This document shows positions 60,201 through 64,000 of a DNA stretch of 64,000 nt, piece after piece (position 1 is the stretch's first letter; every line of letters starts with the position of its first letter). The notes below the pieces were generated by a model. That model was given only the letters and a program-made list of their open reading frames with translations, did no database searches and was not told the DNA's origin. The stretch spans positions 2,752,001 to 2,816,000 of the forward strand of contig CBDCXM010000009.1 in the NCBI GenBank assembly GCA_965223855.1, read 5' to 3'. Origin of the DNA: Candidatus Multivoradales bacterium (lineage in GTDB: Bacteria; Acidobacteriota; Thermoanaerobaculia; Multivoradales; JAHEKO01). The position numbers were made by a program, and so were the translations under genes.

Positions 60201-60244
60201 AGATCAAACCCGTACTCGACATGGTCGAGTCGATGCTCGGCTGA
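54281..60244 (+). CDS. giant acidic repeat protein (1987 aa) with C-terminal helical domain
   Basis: RBS GGAG; 10-aa (YTAAELREAG-like), 9-aa (FELSELKEE) and 19-aa (AAELLEANWPTELVHGIFP) repeat blocks; C-terminal ~290-aa amphipathic helical region; no signal peptide. Confidence 0.92.
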   Translation: MIELSDEQKLLAQSLLQKKAAMEAYRAAELPASAMLEVGLSMEQVREAGYEPNELKEEQFAAEKLHGLWPAAEFLDSDWELAELKDGGYGVMEFRTGGWEPSVLLDDGAYTAEDFHGGGEAGEAEGEGEEGGDSESIWPAEELKAAEIGAEILREGGYTATELREGGYFAGELREAEYTAAELLEAEFTAEEMKDGEWDAAELKDGGWDAEVLYGVYSNEELREAGYEAAAMKSAGATANEMRQAGYSGEDLQEEYSLPEKREGGYGAGELSDQYSAKEMTKAQFGVEELYPHYDVEDLKEAGVTAKELLEEVEECSVSDIAEFFSATELKEAGATATELEQENFSAADLKEAGYPLSELKECFDLPDLKEEFTLPELKEEYELSELKEEFEVSELKEEFELGEMKEEFGVADLKEAYSLEELKPEYELSELKDAYDLGELKAEFELSELKEEFDLGELKEEFSLEKLKAEFDLPELKEEFDLGELKREFSLEELKEEFDLGELKEEFSLEELKAEFELSELKEEFDLGDLKQEFSLEELKAEFELSELKEEFSLEELKAEFELPELKEEFDLGELKEEFSLEELKEEFELAELKEEFSLEKLKAEFELEELKEEFELSDLKEEFSLEELKEEFDLPDLKEEFTLEELKAEFELTELMEEFELSELKREFSLEELKEEFELAELKEEFSLEKLKAEFELEELKEEFDLGELKEEFSLEELKEEFELSELKEEFSLEDLKEEFELAELKEEFELSELKEEFDLGELKEEFELPELKEEFDLGELKEEFELAELKEEFELAELKEEFELGELKEEFELPELKEEFELGELKEEFELSELKVEFELSELKEEFDLGELKEEFELSELKEEFELGELKEEFELDELKEEFELSELKEEFELGELKEEFELDELKEEFELSELKEEFELSELKEEFELEELKEEFELGELKEEFELEELKEEFELSELKEEFELSELKEEFELEELKEEFELGELKEEFELEELKEEFELSELKEEFELSELKEEFELEELKEEFELGELKEEFELDELKEEFELSELKEEFELGELKEEFELDELKEEFELGELKEEFELSELKEEFDLGELKEEFELSELKEEFELSELKEEFELSELKEEFELSELKEEFEIPELKEEFELSEMKEEFELEELKDHYELEELAEEYTCAELKDVDFTAQELYGVDFTMGDLREAGFTAGELKEEGFEAGQLLEGEYEAQDCHDAGYDAAEMLAGEWLTEVLHGVYSAAEMLEGDWPTDLMHGIYTAAEMLEANWPTELMHGIFEAAELLEANWPTELVHGIYQAAELLEANWPTELVHGIFDAAELLEANWPTDLLHGIFPAAELLDANWPTELMHGIYQAAELLEANWPTELLHGIFPAAELLEANWPTELVHGIFEAAELLEANWPTELVHGIFPAAELLEASWPTDLMHGIFDAAEMLEANWPTDLMHGIFPAAELLEASWPTDLMHGIFDAAEMLEANWPTDLMHGIFPATELLDANWPTELMHGIFDAAEMLEANWPTDLMHGIFPAAELLEANWPTDLMHGIFNAAEMLEANWPTDLMHGIFPAAELLEANWPTELVHGIFDATELLEANWPTNLLHGIFPAKELLDAAWPTELVHGIYEAAELLEADWPTELVHGIFDAAELHAGGWLAERLHGIFGADEVKDAYQPDEVEGVYAMEEFFGDEVSEAISSVGDFTSMITSGIDRLNEMLAAAQSVKGDIVAATDEVKSQFDVLDQSINEAEQQIAQQAEEIAAKFEEFEAKLTAFDGGVSEGTEGLENELNDVEVMSNEMLSTMQTQYEACKSDLEALADQVTEYQSTTTSEVQARQEQIEAFQQEIESVESDFRDKKDELVDHYNGMQDGLVNSLSNVQSEFGGLVSQTSSSLTALTGMLDDTSSEKLGNMATLMLETLVGALGDSAGALGDALSFLEGVGAAGQELMDGAAGDVIGQMEGVVDVIDQIKPVLDMVESMLG
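55343..57799 (+). repeat. coding 27-bp tandem repeat, about 90 copies
   Basis: Unit ttcgagctttcggagctcaaggaggag with frequent synonymous variation. Confidence 0.95.
57987..59297 (+). repeat. coding 57-bp tandem repeat, 23 copies
   Basis: Unit gccgccgagcttctggaggcgaactggccgacggagctggtgcacgggatcttcccg; copies counted from the translation. Confidence 0.95.
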
Positions 60245-60277
60245 TCGCCACTTCATCGGGACTAAGGAGAAAGAACA

Positions 60278-61279
60278 ATGTCAGAAGTACTGGATTTCGG
60301 AACGAGTTTCGACGAAGCGGCGCAGACGGTCAGCAACCTGATCTCGGACATGGCCGACCATGCCGCCACGGTGGCCGACCACAACTCGGTGATCGAAGCG
60401 GCCGAGAGTTCACTGCAGCAGGCGAAGGATCAGGCCTCTCAGATGCTCCAGGGCCTCGCCGGCGACGTCGGCAGCCAGAGCGAGGAGACCAACTCCCTGA
60501 GAGACGAGTTCGCCGGCACTGCCGATGAGCTCAAGGCGGCGGGCGACGCCGGCATGGAGGCCGTCGACGGCTTCAAGGAGGCGGTCGCCGACACCCACGA
60601 CGAGCTGTCCGACGCGGTCACCGAGACGGTGGACGAGGCGAACCAGCTCTACGAAGAGGTGCAGAGCGCAGTCTCGGACGCTGTGTCGATGACCGGCGAA
60701 ACCGCCAACCAGATGCAGGGCACGGCCGATCTGACGATGCAGACGCTCGGCGAAGTCGAGTCCTCGGTCACCGAGCTGACCGGTCGCATGGCCGACCTCG
60801 GGCAGGACACGGTCAGCAAGGCTCTCGACCTCGGCAGCAAGATCACCGACGACGTGCAGTCGCGCTTCGACGGCATGTTCGGAGATGTCACCGGCGCCCT
60901 GACGTCGGACTTCTTCGACCAGGCGGTCGCCGGCTTCGACGGCCTGTCGAGCAACCTTACCAACCTCTACGACAACTTCGAGGACGTGGTCAACGGTCTC
61001 GGCGACAACCTGATGGGACGGATGGAAGAGGTGTTCATGAACACCATCGAGCACGCCCAGGATCAGGCGGCGTCGAAGCTGGAGGAGGAGTTCAAGGAAC
61101 TCGTCAGCGACGCCGTCGAGTTTCTCGTCGCCGAGGTGGCCGAGAACCTCACCATGGCCACCGTCGGCTCGGCGACCACCGCGGCCCTCGGTCCGGCGGT
61201 GCCCGTCATCGTCGCGGCGAAGGCCGTCGTCACTCCCATCAAGACCGCCCTCGAGCTGCTCCGCAGCATGGGCCTCTGA
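60278..61279 (+). CDS. acidic alpha-helical protein with hydrophobic C-terminus
   Basis: RBS AAGGAG; 333 aa, Asp/Glu/Ala-rich with heptad-like periodicity; ends AALGPAVPVIVAAKAVVTPIKTALELLRSMGL. Confidence 0.88.
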   Translation: MSEVLDFGTSFDEAAQTVSNLISDMADHAATVADHNSVIEAAESSLQQAKDQASQMLQGLAGDVGSQSEETNSLRDEFAGTADELKAAGDAGMEAVDGFKEAVADTHDELSDAVTETVDEANQLYEEVQSAVSDAVSMTGETANQMQGTADLTMQTLGEVESSVTELTGRMADLGQDTVSKALDLGSKITDDVQSRFDGMFGDVTGALTSDFFDQAVAGFDGLSSNLTNLYDNFEDVVNGLGDNLMGRMEEVFMNTIEHAQDQAASKLEEEFKELVSDAVEFLVAEVAENLTMATVGSATTAALGPAVPVIVAAKAVVTPIKTALELLRSMGL

Positions 61280-61303
61280 TCCGATCGCGAAAGGAACTAG
61301 ATC

Positions 61304-62230
61304 ATGCGCGATGTCATTGCACAGATTTTCGAAGCAGCCCCCAGCGCGAGTCCGCTGCTGGAGCAGGTAAACCAGGAATCAGAAGCCCTGATGGGGATCG
61401 TCGGCGAGCTGCAGGAGAACATCGGCAGTAAGCAGACGGCCCTGGCGGACGTCGCTTCCCGTCGCAACGAGAAGATGAGCGAGCTCCAGACCAAGGCGTC
61501 GGAGCAGCAGTCCCGTCTCGAGAGCGAGGTCGCGGACGTCGACGCCAAGGTCGGTGAGCTCAAGCGGGGTCTCGACGAGATCAAGGAGGGTGTCACCAGC
61601 GCCCTCGAAGCCGCCCAGCAGCAGATGGACGGCTTCCGCGGGCAGGTCGACGCCGGCCGCGAGCTCGTGTCGGGCGCCAACGAGGCGGCGCAGGCCGCCA
61701 TCTCCACGGTCCACGACCAGATCCAGGCGGGGCGCGAGTCGCTCCATCGGGCAACCGATTACGCCAACGAACAGATCGACGGCTTCCAGTCGAAGATCGA
61801 CGAGACGATGGAGTTCACCGAGAACATGGCGACCAACCTGATGGACCGCATGGAAGAAGGCATGCGGGACACGGGCGCCAAGGTCGAAGAGATGACCGGC
61901 ATGTCGTTCGAGGAGATGCACTCCGTCTTCACGAGCGGCATGGAGATGGTCCAGGGCAACGTCATCGAGAACGGCGTCAACATGGTGCTCGACGACCTCC
62001 AGGGCCGGATCGAGCAGCAGGCGAACCAGCTGATCGACCAGTTGGTCGACGAGCTCGTCGGTGCGCTCGGCAACGTTCGCGAGAGCGTTTTCGGCAACGC
62101 CGAGGACGCCGGCCTCGAGCGCAAGGCGACCGAGGCGGTTCTCGACGCACTCGAAACGGTGCTGGACCCGATGTTCAGCGCCATCGATCACATCAAGGGC
62201 ATGGCCTCGATGGTCGGTATCGACATCTGA
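61304..62230 (+). CDS. acidic alpha-helical / coiled-coil protein
   Basis: RBS AAGGA; 308 aa; same composition as its neighbours. Confidence 0.88.
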   Translation: MRDVIAQIFEAAPSASPLLEQVNQESEALMGIVGELQENIGSKQTALADVASRRNEKMSELQTKASEQQSRLESEVADVDAKVGELKRGLDEIKEGVTSALEAAQQQMDGFRGQVDAGRELVSGANEAAQAAISTVHDQIQAGRESLHRATDYANEQIDGFQSKIDETMEFTENMATNLMDRMEEGMRDTGAKVEEMTGMSFEEMHSVFTSGMEMVQGNVIENGVNMVLDDLQGRIEQQANQLIDQLVDELVGALGNVRESVFGNAEDAGLERKATEAVLDALETVLDPMFSAIDHIKGMASMVGIDI

Positions 62231-62271
62231 GCCCTGACAGACAGAGACCAACGAGGACACGGAGATAGAAC

Positions 62272-63174
62272 ATGAGCATTCTTGATGTCGTACAGCAGGC
62301 CATCAGCCAGGTCGAGAGCGATCTGGCCCAGCAGGCCGAGAATCTGGTCGGTGAGCTGCAGGACACCGGCAGCCAGGTGGAAGCCGCGGGCGGCGAAGTC
62401 GACTCACAGTGGCAGGACCTGGAGACCAAGGCTGAGTCGATGTTCGGCGCCGCCGACGATGCGATGAGTCAGATCGAGCAGGCGGGCGACGCGATGTCGA
62501 CGCGCGCCAGCGAGATCCGCTCGAACGTCGACTCGGCGATGGAGCAGGGCTCGAGTCTCTTCGAGTCGTGCCGCGGCGTCGTGGAGACGATGGACCAGGG
62601 GGTGCAGGAACTGATCCCCGACTGCGACAGCGTCATGGCGATGGTCGACGAGACCGTCAACACGCTGGCCAGTGAGATCGAGAGCCTCGACCAGGCGCTC
62701 GAGTCCACACGCGTGATCACCGACAACCACCTGCACGCCCCCTTCCAGGGACTGGTGGACGAGGTGAAGACCGAGATCTTCAACCGCGCCAGCGAGCTCG
62801 GTGGGTACGTCGACAGCGACTTCCTCACCACCGCGGCCGACGAGATCAGCCAGTTCAAGAGCCACGTCGACGAGGTGGTCACCAACGCCACCGACAAGCT
62901 CGAGGAGGTGCGCAGCACCGCCGAGAGCGAAGGTTCCAACGCGATGGAGCAGATGGGTTCGATGTTCGGCGAGCAGTTCGGCTCGCTCATCGGCACCGTC
63001 GAGACGATCGCCAACTTCATGACGCAGGTCGGCGGCATGATGGAGACGGCCGGTACGATGATCGGCACGACCACCTCGGTGATGAGTGCCGGAGCCGGTA
63101 CCACCGCGATCGGCGCCAAGGCTGCGATCGGGATCATCGAGGACATCGTCGAGATCTTCGAGAGCGTCACCTGA
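62272..63174 (+). CDS. acidic alpha-helical protein with Gly/Ala/Thr-rich hydrophobic C-terminus
   Basis: RBS GGAG; 300 aa; ends AGTMIGTTTSVMSAGAGTTAIGAKAAIGIIEDIVEIFESVT. Confidence 0.88.
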   Translation: MSILDVVQQAISQVESDLAQQAENLVGELQDTGSQVEAAGGEVDSQWQDLETKAESMFGAADDAMSQIEQAGDAMSTRASEIRSNVDSAMEQGSSLFESCRGVVETMDQGVQELIPDCDSVMAMVDETVNTLASEIESLDQALESTRVITDNHLHAPFQGLVDEVKTEIFNRASELGGYVDSDFLTTAADEISQFKSHVDEVVTNATDKLEEVRSTAESEGSNAMEQMGSMFGEQFGSLIGTVETIANFMTQVGGMMETAGTMIGTTTSVMSAGAGTTAIGAKAAIGIIEDIVEIFESVT

Positions 63175-63312
63175 TCCGGTCGGTCCTTCCCATGAGGTGA
63201 GTCTCCGGGCGCGAGCTTCAGGTCGGTCCAGCCGACCGGGGGTTCGCGCCCGGCTTTGTCTCGACCACGACCGCGCGAGCGACCGAGAAGAGGAAGCGAG
63301 GAGAGGGGGAGC

Positions 63313-63970
63313 ATGAGCATTCTGGACGAGGTCGGAAAGGCGATCAGCCACGTCGAGGGCGACCTCGCCGAGCAGGCGATGGCGGCGAAGGACGAAAGGG
63401 TCGACGCGGTCCTGAAGATGACCAACGCGATCTTCGAGATCGACACGCAGTGGGAGGAGGTAAAGACGACGGGCGAGTCGATGTTCGGCGCCGCGGACCG
63501 TGCGATGGGCTGGATCGAGCAGGTGGGAGGCAAACTGTCCAGCCATGCGAACGAGGTCCGTTCGGGCATCGACGGCGCCATGGAGCAGGGCTCGAGCCTC
63601 TTCGAGTCGTGCCGCGGCGTCGTCGAGGCGCTCGACCACGGTGTGCAGGAGCTGATCCCCGATTGCGAAGGGGTGATGGGCAAGGTCGGCGAGATCGACT
63701 ACCTGAGCGATCGACTCGAGAAGACGCGCGCCTACACCGACAACCACCTTCACACGCCCTTCCAGGGAGTGGTGGACGACCAACGACTTCCTCACCACCG
63801 CGGCCGAGGAGAGCCAGTTCAAGAGCCACGTCGAGAACGTCGGCGCCGGTAACGAGAACCGGTCGCCTGACGAACGCGCCCGAATCGGTCTGTTCGGGGC
63901 GAAGGCCGCTATCGGCATCATCGAAGACATCGTCGAGATCTTCGAAAGTGCGTCTGATCGGCGCCGGTAA
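63313..63970 (+). pseudogene. deleted/frameshifted paralog of 62272..63174
   Basis: Shares MSILD, ESMFGAAD, AMEQGSSLFESCRGVVE, VQELIPDC, TDNHLH.PFQG; frame shifts near 63781 (DFLTTAA, SQFKSHV) and ends GAKAAIGIIEDIVEIFES. Confidence 0.75.
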
Positions 63971-64000
63971 CGGAACCGGTCGCCTCGCGCCCAAGTCTGT

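Noticed and set aside
60278-63174. Gas vesicle, Reb/R-body or chemoreceptor genes
   Set aside because: No GvpA or Reb-sized ORFs or motifs, and no MCP hairpin signature (LLALNAAIEAARAG)

Overview
GC-rich bacterial chromosome segment with about 55 CDS. A C-terminal IFxDGFESGDTSAW motif, a sulfatase-TPR protein and several Ser/Thr kinases suggest an Acidobacteriota/Thermoanaerobaculia-like organism (inference). The first ~45 kb is mostly housekeeping and stress genes: sulfatase-TPR, agmatinase family, porin-cupredoxin-kinase operon, tRNA-Glu with a 4x100-bp palindromic repeat array, mgtE, cysteine synthase family, two MscS, a cfa/DUF1365/DUF1295 lipid-modification cluster with a CarH/LitR-like regulator, lon, a probable CxxU AhpD-like selenoprotein, bacilliredoxin, pruA, an SplB-like radical SAM and an AGCS symporter. 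The most unusual part is 45.4-64 kb. A leftward operon (transposase-like HTH in frame with STAS, a P-loop-less dynamin-like membrane protein, a short Hsp70, a kinase-TM-caspase) points toward a secreted Sel1-pseudocaspase. It diverges from a rightward operon with a 1987-aa ultra-acidic repeat protein (~90 x 9-aa and 23 x 19-aa repeats) and 3-4 similar ~300-aa helical proteins. I cannot assign this module to a described system. All family calls come from motifs read by eye; no searches were run.
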